DNA of 63,984 nucleotides, counting the filler, from Thelocarpon superellum (Eukaryota), in assembly GCA_026025795.1 (NCBI GenBank). It is 3 parts of 3 records of this genome, joined end to end, with 100 filler letters (N's around TTAATTAATTAA, not from the genome) between each part and the next. Parts side by side here need not be neighbours in the genome. Positions count along the whole stretch, not along the records: positions 1 to 21,738 come from JAPEUG010000305.1; positions 21,839 to 43,534 come from JAPEUG010000306.1; 1 more part is not named here. The stretch is one strand, 5' to 3'. Both the position numbers and the translations under genes were made by a program. Of the stretch, positions 12,652-23,744 are shown piece after piece. The notes below the pieces were generated by a model. That model did no database searches. It was not told the DNA's origin and saw only the letters and a program-made list of their open reading frames with translations. Within the stretch, counting starts at the first letter, position 1, and each line of letters opens with the position of its first letter.

Positions 12652-14145
12652 ATGTCTGACTCGGCCGATTCGGGACTGGAGGCGGAGGAGCGGAGGAAAG
12701 GCGATGGCTTCGTCGAAAGCGATCCATCCGACGCAAGTGATGGCGGACTCTTTGGCTCGGACGACGAGGACCAAGCTCCGTCTAAACCCAGGTGTGCACC
12801 CTGCAAACACACGTCGATCGGTCCTATGGCTAACAGCATTGACAGTGCGCGGCATCTCGACGATGAGGAACTGGATTCCGGCGACGACGAGGGCCGGCCA
12901 GACCGCACGGCCGATGCAGCGGACGATGGAGAGGGTGAGGCCGACGCAGATGAGATGGAAGAAGACCATAACATCATGGACCTGAAGTTTGGCATCCATG
13001 CCGTACCTGAGGGTAGTGATGGCGAGACCTACCTGCTCAAGTTTCCCTCCTTCATGGGCATCGAGCCCATGTGCCACGACGACGGCTTCGTCATGCCCGT
13101 CACCGACCATCATTTCGGCGATGCCCCGCCTTCCTCCACCTTCTCTCCCTATGCCGTCGCGACGAGCACGGTACGCTGGCGCCATTCGGAGAAGGACCCG
13201 TCGATTTTGGAATCCAATGCGCGCATCATCCGCTGGAGTGACGGCGACCTGACCTTTCAATACGGCGGCAATCCGGCCGAGTCCTTTGAGTTACCTGCCA
13301 AATCCTTGGCCCCTCTACGCACGCCCTCGGGCAAGCCGACGCCCCATTGGCGCCAGGGCCGAGACGGCAATAGCGGGTCCTACCGCGCCGAAGATGATTC
13401 TCACACCTACCTTACGACGACGCACGAAAGCGCGGGCCTCCTACGTGCCACGCATCACATTACCACATCGCTGAACCTCCTCTCCAGCTCCATCGCCAAC
13501 GACGACGCCCTCGCCAAACTGCAGAACTCGCTCGCGGCCGCGGTGCGCGGCAACAAGACGACGGCGGATGGCACGCTGAACATCCTCAACATCACCGAGG
13601 ATCCGGAGCTAGCCAAGAAGAAGGCCGAACAGGCCGAGAAAGAGCAGCTGCGCGCGGCGCGAAAGATGCAGCAATCGCAGATGCGCGACGCGGAGCGCAC
13701 GAGCCGACAACTGGCCAAGCATGGACTGGGCCGGTCGGCCGGCCTCAGCGTCGACGACCTCGAAGAAGACGGCCGGTATGCCGCGGCGCGCAAACGCTCC
13801 GGCGCCACGGCTCCACGTCGCAAGGCGCCCAAGCGAGGCGATAGCGACACGGACGACGACATGCCGCGCGGTCGCACGCGCGAGGACGAATACGACAAGA
13901 CGGATGATTTCCTCGTGGACAGCGACGAAGAGGAAGAGGAGATGGAGGGCGATGGCGACGACGACGAAGACGACGACGGAGAGGAGGAACTCCTTGATGA
14001 TGCTCCGAGGGCCTCGACGTCCAAATCGAAGGCGAAGGCGAAGGCGGATGCGGAGACGGATGCAGATGAAGATGGTGCCGCCGCCGCGGCTGGACCGCGC
14101 ACCAAACGGAGACGCGTGGTGGATGACGACGAGGAGGATGACTGA
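12652..14145 (+). CDS. LEO1: Paf1 complex subunit Leo1
   Basis: Acidic termini; Leo1 core TVRWRHS...LESNARIIRWSDGDLT; probable in-frame 54-nt intron at about 12792-12845. Confidence 0.92.
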   Translation: MSDSADSGLEAEERRKGDGFVESDPSDASDGGLFGSDDEDQAPSKPRCAPCKHTSIGPMANSIDSARHLDDEELDSGDDEGRPDRTADAADDGEGEADADEMEEDHNIMDLKFGIHAVPEGSDGETYLLKFPSFMGIEPMCHDDGFVMPVTDHHFGDAPPSSTFSPYAVATSTVRWRHSEKDPSILESNARIIRWSDGDLTFQYGGNPAESFELPAKSLAPLRTPSGKPTPHWRQGRDGNSGSYRAEDDSHTYLTTTHESAGLLRATHHITTSLNLLSSSIANDDALAKLQNSLAAAVRGNKTTADGTLNILNITEDPELAKKKAEQAEKEQLRAARKMQQSQMRDAERTSRQLAKHGLGRSAGLSVDDLEEDGRYAAARKRSGATAPRRKAPKRGDSDTDDDMPRGRTREDEYDKTDDFLVDSDEEEEEMEGDGDDDEDDDGEEELLDDAPRASTSKSKAKAKADAETDADEDGAAAAAGPRTKRRRVVDDDEEDD

Positions 14146-14389
14146 TTTGATCCATGGATGAACCGACGGACGCATGGAAGGAAGGATAGAAAGATTCCTT
14201 TTGTCGGGTCTACTTTGGGCCATTTCCTCTGGAGTAGTCAAATCACATCAACGGTCCGTTTCTCTGAGACTGGCGATGCTCAGTCGAAGTCGAGTAGGTC
14301 CCGGTACTTATGTATAATGATCGTGAAGGTAACTCCTTGCCATGCTCGCTCGTCCTCAGCACTCCATTGCAAAAAATCCACAAGTCACG

Positions 14390-15684
14390 TCAAACGTCCA
14401 CCGCAATGTTCTTGGCCACGTGACTGACACTCTCCATCAGCTTGACGCAGAGAGGGTTTCCACTGGCGTCCACGCCACCCGTGCAGGGTTTCGAGGCGAA
14501 GAGAGATGCACCTGCCGGCGAGGGGGGGAATTGGGCCGCTGGGTCGCCCGCGGCTATGGCGGCATGTGCCCGGTTCATTTCCTCGCGAAGCTTGCGCAGC
14601 CGCTTTTCCATTCGCACCAGCACTTCCATGAAACCGCTCTCTCCGAACTCGTCGTCCCGCGACACGGCCATCTCGTACTGGATCACACGCCGGGTCATTC
14701 GTCGCCACTCTTGTGGTTCCATGCGCAAGGTGACACCGAGAGGACAGTCCGGACTTCCCGCGCGCAGACCCAGGCTTTCCCGCGCCACGTCCGACACCCG
14801 CATCACTCTCATCTCGCCACGCTCGTCGTGTCGCTTGGCGTCTTCGTCGATCCACGTCGCCATCTTGGCGTAGCCGTCGGCGATGGTGGGGAGGACGGTG
14901 CCGAGTAACATCGTATTTTGGATTGCCAGGGCGGAAGATGTGGCGCAGTTGTGGCAGTCCAGGCATGACGAGGCTACCTTTGTGGCCTTGCGCAACATCG
15001 GGAGCCCCCGAGGCCATTGTGGATCCAGTGATTGGAGCATGTTTTGAGTGAAATATAGATTGGCCAGGCAAGCACAACCACCATTGGTCTCCTCCGCAGG
15101 TGCTACTACGCTCGTGGACGATTCCGTGATCTCTGGTGTTTGTATTTGAGCATCGCCACTCATCAGGCCTTCGAGCGTGTATCCCCTTGGCACGGTCAGT
15201 TTCCAAGGTGCACTCCTCACTAATGTGCACCACATCTTACCCCCACGCCGGTCCAGCCTGCTTCCTTATGGTGGACCCACAATCGGGGACCCCGCTGGTC
15301 ATGTGGACATCCGGATAGGTTGACAGGGATTCAGATCCTGGATCCGGGAAGAACACAGAGTCGTGGTCAGCGGGAACCTGACTGGGCGCTGGATCATGGA
15401 CAGTGGCCTGAGCCCCACTCTGATCCTCACTGCCTCGTCTCTTCCGCGGCCGACCCATAGGCTTTCGAGAAGAATATTCGCACGAGACATTGATTCTCAC
15501 GCAACGAGAGCAGCCCGAGCTCTCGCCGGAGCATTTCAACTTCCTTGCCCCTGGAACGGAAATGATTATTATGGGAGTTGCAAGCATGCGGGAGTGAGAT
15601 CAGGAACGTACGGCACCGGTCGCAGGCGGCATGTGTCGTGTTAGCATCCAGAGCCGCTTCATTCGAAGCCGGATCGTTCTCCAT
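14390..15684 (-). CDS. Zn(II)2Cys6 transcription factor with AflR/GliZ-like cluster-regulator layout, 3 exons
   Basis: Spliced ACDRCR-ARKLKCSGESSGCSRCVRINVSCEYSSRKPMGRPRKRR; C-terminal CACLANLY...CLDCHNC region. Confidence 0.88.
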
Positions 15685-16255
15685 CTCGGGAGCTGCAAGA
15701 GCTTGCTGCTCGAGAGAAATTCGAGAGATCAGGAGCGCAAGATTAACGAGCAGAGTTGGTCCCTGGCAGTGAAGAAAGACGAAAGGAATTTGGACGTATG
15801 GAGTGCTTCTTATATTTGGGAGCGACCTCTTGCCTGCTCAAGCTCTGGTAAATGCGAGCTTCCCCCGTACTCCCCGCACCCAGGGCGCTGACAAATAGAA
15901 AACGGAGGACCGCCTCAGACTCAGTCCCCATAATCTAGAGTGGTGATCGGCGCGAGATCACGTGAGTCAGAAAGGTCAATCAGCGTGTTGCGCAGTGGGA
16001 ATACAGTGTAGATAGTATTGAGGCTATGTTAGCTTAATAAAACTCCGCTTGGGTCTCCATATACCAATTATATGGGAACCGATAAAGCAGCATTTCCCGT
16101 TCCGCCTTCCATGACCAACTGCTGATTATGTCATCTTCCAACACAGCGAGCGTGTTGTCGCGTAAAGCTGCCTTTCTGGACGGACACCAACAGTTGGATT
16201 TTGAGTGGAAAATGGACATTAGACCACTACTCCCCTTCAACCCCACAGCGCAACG

Positions 16256-18749
16256 ATGGTCGTCACATCAAATAGCAAAAAGCGAAAGCCCAACCTGCGG
16301 GAGCTACCAGACCCAGCCGATGTAGCTTCCGATGACGAATTTGAGACGGGGTTGTTAGATGGTGCTATATCAGACGGAGGGGAAAGCAGAGACAGTGACC
16401 AGGAGCTGGAGGAGAGCGATGACGAGGAGATTGACGATGAAGAGGGAGAGGGCAACAGCGGATTGGAAGATGGCGGGGATGGGATTGACGGGAACGAATT
16501 CCCCTTGTCATCCCTGGACAATGATGCTCGGCCACTTCGGTCTCACACCGCTGGCCAAACGAGAAGAGCGAAATCGGCCTCCAACGCCGAGGACCGAGTC
16601 ACGGAAGCTGCCGAAGCAGCAGGAGATGAAGATCCCGATGCTGAGCTGGCCTCCAACTACACTGTCACCACAGACGCCAATGGTAATCCTCGATATGTCT
16701 ACCGCGAGATCAACCCGGTCTATGACTCGGACGACTCGGACGCTCCGGCCACGACCAATACCATTGGCGACATTCCCCTCTCATTTTACGACACGTATCC
16801 GCATATTGGCTATGATATCAATGGAAAGAAGATCATGCGCCCCGCCACAGGAGAGGCTCTGGATGCCTTGTTGGAAAGTATTGATGTTCCCAAGGGCTGG
16901 ACCGGACTGACCGATCCCGCCACCGGGCTGCCGCTGGAGCTAACCCAGGAGGAGTTGGAGGTGTTGAAGATGATTCAGAAGAGCGAGATTCCTGAAGAGG
17001 GATACGACCCTTATCCTGTACGCCACTCCACACGTCTAATGGCGCATAGCTGATCTTCCTAGGCGACGGTCGAGTATTTCACCAGCAAGACCGAAACGAT
17101 GCCTCTGAGTGCTGCGCCAGAGCCAAAGCGAAGATTCGTGCCATCCAAGCATGAAGCAAAGAGGGTAGGTTCCCTGGCAGACAAGTCCCGGTAGAGTGAT
17201 ATGGTGCTGATAAAGTGGATAGATCATGAAGATCGTTCGGGCCATCCGAGAAGGACGGATATTACCCTACAAGCCGCCATCGACAGAAGAGGAGGATCCC
17301 GACGTGATTGACTATGATCTCTGGGCCGATGAGAAGCCACGTCCCGATCACGTCATGAACATTCCTGCGCCTAAACTACCGCCGCCGGGCTACGAACAAA
17401 GCTACCACCCTCCGCCCGAGTATCTTCCGACGCCATCGGAGAAGAAGGCGTGGGAGGCGGCGGACGAAGAGGATCGCGAAGCAGACTACCTCCCTACCAG
17501 CTATGACGCATTACGAAAGGTGCCTGGCTATGATCAATTCGTCAAGGAGCGGTTCGAGAGAAGTCTGGATCTGTATTTGGCGCCACGCATCCGGAGGAAC
17601 AAGCTGAACATTGACCCGGACTCGCTCCTGCCCAAACTCCCATCCCCCGAAGACCTCCGCCCCTTTCCCACCACGTGCGCCACCATCTTCCGAGGACACC
17701 GAGGTCGCGTACGCAGTCTCGACGTTGACCCAGCGGGCATCTGGCTAGCCAGTGGCGGTGACGACGGGACGGTGCGGGTTTGGGAGGTCTTGACAGGCCG
17801 ACAAGTATGGAACGCCACGCTAGCCAAAGATGACGTGGTCAACGTCGTCCGATGGAGGCCTGGACTGGATGCATTCGTCCTTGCCGCAGCGACGGGTGAG
17901 AGCACGTACCTGATGGTGCCGCCGCTCGTCAATCCCGAAGTCGAAGCCAGCAGCCGCGAGATCATCGACGCCGGCTGGGGCTACGCAGCGGACGGCAAAG
18001 CGGCTCCATCCACAGCAGCAGGCGAGCGAAAAGACCCACCAGCAACTTGGACCCGACCGAGCGCCAGCCTGGCCGACAACGACGTCCTCATCAAGATCAC
18101 CGTGCGCGCGCCCATCAAAGTCATCGCATGGCACCGACGCGGCGAGTACTTCGCCACGGTCTCGCCGACGGGCCACAACAGCGCCATCGCAATGCACACG
18201 CTCTCAAAGCATCTCACACAGCTCCCCTTCCGACGCCTGCGCGGCCTCGCGCAGACGGTTCAGTTCCACCCCTCCAAACCCATCCTGTTCGTCGCCACGC
18301 AGCGCTCGATCCGGAGCTACGATCTCGTGCGGCAAGAACTGCTCAAAACACTGCAGCCCGGCGCGCGCTGGATCTCATCCATCGACGTGCATCCCGGCGG
18401 CGACAATCTGATCGTGGGATCCTACGACCGCCGACTCCTCTGGCACGACATGGATCTGCAGGCTGTGCCGTACAAAACGCTGCGATACCACTCCAAGGCC
18501 ATCCGCGCCGTGCGCTTCCATCCCGGCGGCCTGCCGCTCTTCGCGGACGCCAGCGACGACGGCAGTTTGCAGATCTTTCACGGCAAGGTCGTCGGCGATC
18601 TCATGCAGAACGCGACCATCGTGCCGCTGAAGGTGCTGCGCGGTCATCGTGTCGAGAATATGCTCGGCGTGCTCGATCTCGTCTGGCATCCTACCCAGCC
18701 CTGGTGCTTCAGCGCCGGCGCGGACGGTACGTGTCGTCTGTGGATGTAA
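16256..18749 (+). CDS. ERB1: Ribosome biogenesis protein Erb1/BOP1
   Basis: [55 protein letters not shown]40 repeats ending [10 protein letters not shown]; two introns near 17018-17062 and 17165-17223. Confidence 0.97.
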
Positions 18750-19024
18750 CAGGGAGGAGGGGCATCTGTCGCTTGTGGATACAACGGGGACTGCAGACGG
18801 CCGTTGACGGATTGATTGTGTATATCTGATCGCCAGCGGGAGTCATGCTGTAACGAGACGTAACGTAACGTAGTACATGGAGAAGACGAGAAGACAGGAA
18901 AGGAAGGAGAAGAGGGCTTTTTTGGCAGTGCTTCCTCCGTCGTGATGGTCATCATGGCCTCGTTATGCTGGAACTTTCCAGTCGTTCCAACTCGTTATCG
19001 TCATCGTCATCATCATCGTCATCA

Positions 19025-20800
19025 TCATACCCGTAGGCTCTCTAACGTCATTACTACCCACTCCATCAGACGGCCTGGATCATCGTCTGCTGACGCGGGT
19101 GCCGCCGTCGGGGTAGTAGACGTGATTGTCGTTATCGGTTCCGGTGCGGACGCGGGGGCCGTCTCTACTCCCTCCATGGCGTCAGGTCGCGCGTCTGACG
19201 CTGGTGTAGGTGCAGGTGAAGGTGCATGCTGCCCATTACTACCAGGCTCTGCACGACCCAAGCACCGCTCGACAACATGCTGGTACGTCCGGCCCGTCTT
19301 GCTGCCCAGTCTGGGCACGAGGGCCGAGAGGACCACCTTGTCGCGAAATGCAGCGGGGGTGTGTTTGGGCTTATGGAAGTCCTTGAGGTTCTTCCAGAGC
19401 CCGATCTCCAGCAGGACTAGGCCTAACGAGTAGATGTCGAAGGCCTTCCGATAGCTCTGGCGCCATACCCCCAGCGAGTCCGGGTGCCGGTACAGATCCG
19501 TTCCGGAGTCGTTCTTCGATGCCACGGTCATCTCGTCGAGGTGTTCTGGCCGTGCGCTGTCGAAGCCCGTGACGTAGGGGGAAGAGAGAGTGGGGGTGGA
19601 GGAAGCGGCGGAGGGAATGTCGTTGAAGAAGAGGATGTTGTTGCTGCAGAATGTCTTGTGGAGCCAGTCTAGAGAGTGTACGGACCAGAGCGCGATCGAG
19701 AGCGTCTGCGCCAGCTTGAAGCGGTCTTCCAGGTCCGGCGTGCGGAGCTGGTTATCGTCGATGAGCGAGATGAGCGTTCTTGGGATGGGGCTCGGCGCGT
19801 ACGGTGGAATGCGATATGTGAGGCCGTAGCGGGCGTGGGCCGAGTCATCGAAATAGCCCATGCAGTCGAGCGTGTGCAGGTCAGGATGACGGTTGGAGGC
19901 CGAGTGTTCCATACGAGCGAGATTGTCTACGCGTTGGTAGTAGATGAGCCGCGTGTCAAGATCGGCGTCGGCTTCGTAGGTAATCCACTCGATGATGATA
20001 GGCTCTTGGGGGCCGTCCTTGGTTTTTTGGTATTGTCCCGTGATTCTTTTCCTGTCATCGTCGGTAAAAGTGAGCTTGTCTCGCGCGACCTTCAGCTCGG
20101 TCGTGGGTTTGAACTTGGTGGAGTCTTTCGCGTCGAGGTTGATCCGCAGCTGCTTCAAATTTGCTGTCGTATTCAGTTGTGGATACACGCCACTGGACGC
20201 ATCCTCGAGTAGGTTGAGCTGGCTCACGTCCCGCTCGGCCGTCTGCAGGAGCTCGTAGGTCCAAGTGCGCTGGAAGGTGGCGATGCGAGCGGGCGGAAAC
20301 AGTCGCTCCAGTCCGTCGTTGAAGTCTTTCAGATCTCTCAACAGCACCTCGAACTTCTCCTTGTCGTTGATCACCCACTTTGTCCGCATTTTCAGACCGC
20401 CCCAGTGTGACGTGGATGATTCCGTCGCCTTGCTCCCGCCCTTTTCGTCCACGTGCGACGCGGTCTCCTTGACACCGTAGCGATCCCGCAGCTTCTTGCT
20501 GTTACCAATGGTATCGAGCAGCTGCTTCAGGATCACCTCGGCCAGTTTCTTGAGGCCATCACTATCGCCTTTGGCAGCACTCAAGTGGGCATCGAGTTTG
20601 CCCTCGGCGACACCCCATTCTCGGCCCCAGACGATGAAGCGCATCTCCTCGATACGCACCTTGCAGATCAGTCGCTCGCTGTCTTTGCCCATGTTGGTCG
20701 CGGTGGTAAAGACGGCGTAGGATCGCATGCAGCCGGTGTAGATCTGTCCCAGGACGCCGATAGTGCCCACCACGCCGAGGGCCGTCCCGAGGACCTCCAT
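19025..20800 (-). CDS. HeLo (prion-inhibition and propagation) domain fused to a degenerate protein-kinase-like domain, intronless
   Basis: Hydrophobic N-terminal helix MEVLGTALGVVGTIGVLG; HeLo motifs KVRIEEMRFIVWGREWG and KWVINDKEKFEVLLRDLKDFNDGLERL; kinase-like WLHKTFCSNNILFF, GFDSAR, LYRHP, DIYSLGLVLLEIGLW. Confidence 0.88.
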   Translation of the reverse strand: MEVLGTALGVVGTIGVLGQIYTGCMRSYAVFTTATNMGKDSERLICKVRIEEMRFIVWGREWGVAEGKLDAHLSAAKGDSDGLKKLAEVILKQLLDTIGNSKKLRDRYGVKETASHVDEKGGSKATESSTSHWGGLKMRTKWVINDKEKFEVLLRDLKDFNDGLERLFPPARIATFQRTWTYELLQTAERDVSQLNLLEDASSGVYPQLNTTANLKQLRINLDAKDSTKFKPTTELKVARDKLTFTDDDRKRITGQYQKTKDGPQEPIIIEWITYEADADLDTRLIYYQRVDNLARMEHSASNRHPDLHTLDCMGYFDDSAHARYGLTYRIPPYAPSPIPRTLISLIDDNQLRTPDLEDRFKLAQTLSIALWSVHSLDWLHKTFCSNNILFFNDIPSAASSTPTLSSPYVTGFDSARPEHLDEMTVASKNDSGTDLYRHPDSLGVWRQSYRKAFDIYSLGLVLLEIGLWKNLKDFHKPKHTPAAFRDKVVLSALVPRLGSKTGRTYQHVVERCLGRAEPGSNGQHAPSPAPTPASDARPDAMEGVETAPASAPEPITTITSTTPTAAPASADDDPGRLMEWVVMTLESLRV

Positions 20801-21615
20801 GGTGAAGAGGGAGAGATACGAGGAAGATCCGTGCTGCAATGAAGCGCTGGTAACGTCGTGAGCGGTACCCGGATCTTAGTCGTGATTACGACAATGAACG
20901 ATGACCTGTCTCAGATGAGAGAGCAGAGCCTCACAGATGAGACTCTTCCTCTAGGTTGCGTAAAGGAGCAGCAGACGCAGGGCAAACGTCCGGTCACGTC
21001 GCCAGCTCTCGACAGAAGCCGGGCCTATGCAGGCACGGTGATCACGGTGCCTTCCCGACGTGCGTCGGAGCCAGTTGGTTTTAGCGGAGCGCCCGGCCCA
21101 GCGGGACGGTTAAGTGGTTCTAGGTAAACGATAGAAGCGGCCAATTGCTACATTAACCCTCAACCCCGACATGGTCGGTGGCGTGCACCTCTTCATTGAC
21201 TCCTCAGACGCATGGTGATTGGGGTAGGCTTTCCTCGCAGCAAGCACCCACTATTGCTGCTTAACCTGCACTATCGGGGCTTCATTGCGCCATCCCCTTG
21301 GCATGGGTGGTCAAGCCACGACCGAGGTGCAATTATTGTGCGCGAAGCTTGTGCCGGGCAATACTGCAAGCTTGACTGGGCACATGTCCTCGACCTAGCT
21401 CGAGCTTGCCCTGCAGGAAAATTATCCAATTTCGTTCTAACAAGCAGCCCGTGGCCTGACCATCTGAGTAAACAGAACTTGGCTTGCACCACATCGATGG
21501 CAGGTCCAATAATAACCAGTGCGGGTAAGTATCGTTTCGACTAGAGACGCAGTCCCATCGGTCACGGATACTTGGAGGGGGGGCAGCCCTGACTCGCGAA
21601 GACTCTCTAGCTCTA

Positions 21616-21738
21616 ACAGTATCCACCTAGAAACCGGCCACACCTAGAAACCGGCTACTTTTCTCTCGACCCTACCTCCACAATCAGCCACAACTCCACC
21701 ACCACAACTGCTACTTATCAACCCTTAGAGATGTAAGT
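21616..21738 (+). mobile_element. Probable left end (terminal repeat plus leader) of a Fot1/pogo-type DNA transposon, truncated by the contig end
   Basis: TA at 21614-21615, then ACAGTATC and two copies of CACCTAGAAACCGGC 17 bp apart, then a C/A-rich leader running into the contig break. Paired direct repeats inside the terminal inverted repeat and a TA target are typical of Fot1/Pot-family elements. Confidence 0.6.
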
Positions 21739-21838
21739 NNNNNNNNNNNNNNNNNNNNNNNNNNNNNNNNNNNNNNNNNNNNTTAATTAATTAANNNNNN
21801 NNNNNNNNNNNNNNNNNNNNNNNNNNNNNNNNNNNNNN
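21739..21838. other. Artificial contig linker N44-TTAATTAATTAA-N44
   Basis: Exactly 100 bp, with stop codons in all six frames; identical to 43535-43634. Confidence 0.98.
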
Positions 21839-21900
21839 AGAGACAAATAGAAACGCCGTAGATGCACATGGAAGGAAAGAGAAAGACCAGGGACACCAGA

Positions 21901-23219
21901 TCAGCCGGCTTTGCGGCTCCGTCGAGACCCCGGCGTCTTCTCAGACGATTTACTGCTCCGCGTCGTCGCTGCCGGCTGCCCATTTGTACCCGCGCTCTTT
22001 GCGGCCTCTTCCTCCTCTGTTTCCTTCTTTTGCAACGCTCGCCTCACGGCGCCTTCTTTCTCGATGCGTTGGATCTGCTCCTCGCTCTGTTGCCAGAGCG
22101 CCTTGGCCACGCTCTCGTCCTTGATGTCGCTCCGCGCATAGACAACCTCGCGGCACTCCTTGATCATCTTACCGCCGTGTCCCGTGCCGAGCTCGGCCTC
22201 CATGGCCGCGCGGAGAAAGCTCTGCGCGCCCTGGGCAGGGGACTTTAGCACCAGCCACCAGAGCGGCCAGGTGATGAGGTACAGCATCAGGCCCCACAAG
22301 GAGCCCGCCGTCAGCCACCGCCGCATCCCCGGGGTGCGCGACCAGCCCGGGTCGACGACGATGACGCGGGCGTTCATGGGCTGCTTGTCCGGCCGTTGGT
22401 AGGCGTCCAGATGCTGCTGGAAGCTCTGGGCAAAGACCATCAGGGCCAGCTTGCTCGACCCGTACACGCCGCGACTGGAGAAAGTGGATGCACGCGGAGA
22501 TACACGTGGGGATGCACGCGAGGCCGCCGTCTTGGGCTCGAGCTGGGCACCGATGTAGGTGGCGCAGGTCGCCATCAGCACGCGCACGTCTCGGTCTGCC
22601 GGCTGGGCGCGGATAGCGGGACTGAGGATGCTGAGGAGGTGGAAGTTGGCCAGGTAATTGACCGCCCAGTTCACCTCCAGTCCATCTCCCGTCTTCTCGG
22701 CTGCCGTCGCAAGGGGCGCCGTCATGGTGGCGGCGCAGAGGATCAGCAGGTCGAGCCGTCGGGGCGGCGCGTTATCCACCCATCTGGTCGCGAACCGCCG
22801 GATGGAGTGGAGGTCGGAGAGATCCACCTGCTCGGCATAGATGAGCTCGTTGGAGGTCTGTGAGCGGAGGTCTTCGATGTAGTCGACCAGAAAGGGGTCC
22901 GAGGGTGGGTAGTGGGTCAACAGGATGATCTGGGCACCCCGTTGCGCCAAGGCCAGGGCAACAGCCGCACCGACCCCAGAAGTTCCGCCCTACATGGGAC
23001 ATTAGCCATCCATTTGTCGCCCGGCCGAACTCTTCACCGGACCGTGATCATGACCACCTTGGAGTGCATCAAGCGCTCCGAGGTGTTGGAGGCACCGCCA
23101 AAGTAGACCTTGAGGAGGTAGACCAGACCCAGCCATGGCAGGAGCTTGAGGAGTGGATAGACGAAAGGAATACTTGAGAGGCCATTGAAGACCGCCTCGG
23201 CGAGGATGGGGATCGGCAT
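21901..23219 (-). CDS. Membrane-anchored short-chain dehydrogenase/reductase (PBR1/retinol-dehydrogenase-like)
   Basis: ERLMHSKVVMIT-intron-GGTSGVGAAVA, EQVDLSDLHSIRRFATRW, NYLANFHLL, catalytic YGSSK, VDPGWSRTPGMRRWL. Confidence 0.88.
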
Positions 23220-23337
23220 GATGGGAGGTCAACGGCTCCCACTACGGTCGGTGGGGAGGCATCGAGACCACGTCATCTCACGTCGCAATGCAAAATGGTC
23301 GCCCATTCGACATCCGAGACACGAGAATTCCAGGCCC

Positions 23338-23453
23338 TGTGGAGTATATGGATGATCACGTGCTCTCTTACCTAATCATTTACTAGTTAGCAGCGCTTAC
23401 CGAGACGGAACCCTATACTATAAAAAGGGTCGTCTCGCAGATAGCTTATTTCA
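23338..23453 (+). mobile_element. Degenerate LTR-like repeat remnant (copy B) containing a TATA-in-hairpin element
   Basis: TGTGGAGTATATGG start resembles copy A; TACCTAATCATTTACTAGTTAGC block; inverted repeat CGAGACG-GA-ACCCT...AGGGT-CGTCTCG around TATACTATAAAA. Confidence 0.35.
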
Positions 23454-23576
23454 CCATCTGCACCCTCCATTGTGATTGGTCCAACTAGCTGAATCCAAGA
23501 GGGAACCCTACCTAAACCTTCAGCGCCTCGAGCCTGTGTGATGACTAAGCAAGTCTCAACCGCATTGAATTCATCC

Positions 23577-23744
23577 CGACAACGAAGCACACGGAGCCAC
23601 AGATCTAATCATGGCCATCTTGAGCTCTGATCAATGCATTGTCCTTGAGAAACATGGGTGCGACAACCAAGCACACAGAGCCAAGGACCTAATCATGGCC
23701 ATCTTGAGCTCCGATCAATGCATCGTCCTTGAGAAACACAGGTG
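23577..23744. repeat. Tandem duplication, 2 x 84 bp
   Basis: Units 23577-23660 and 23661-23744 differ at about 9 positions. Confidence 0.93.

Noticed and set aside
21212..21544. 110-aa ORF between the HeLo gene and the transposon end as a possible partner gene
   Set aside because: No recognisable domain, amyloid motif or coding-like bias.
21783..21794. Palindromic TTAATTAATTAA, repeated at 43579
   Set aside because: Embedded symmetrically in N runs; a synthetic linker rather than a biological site.
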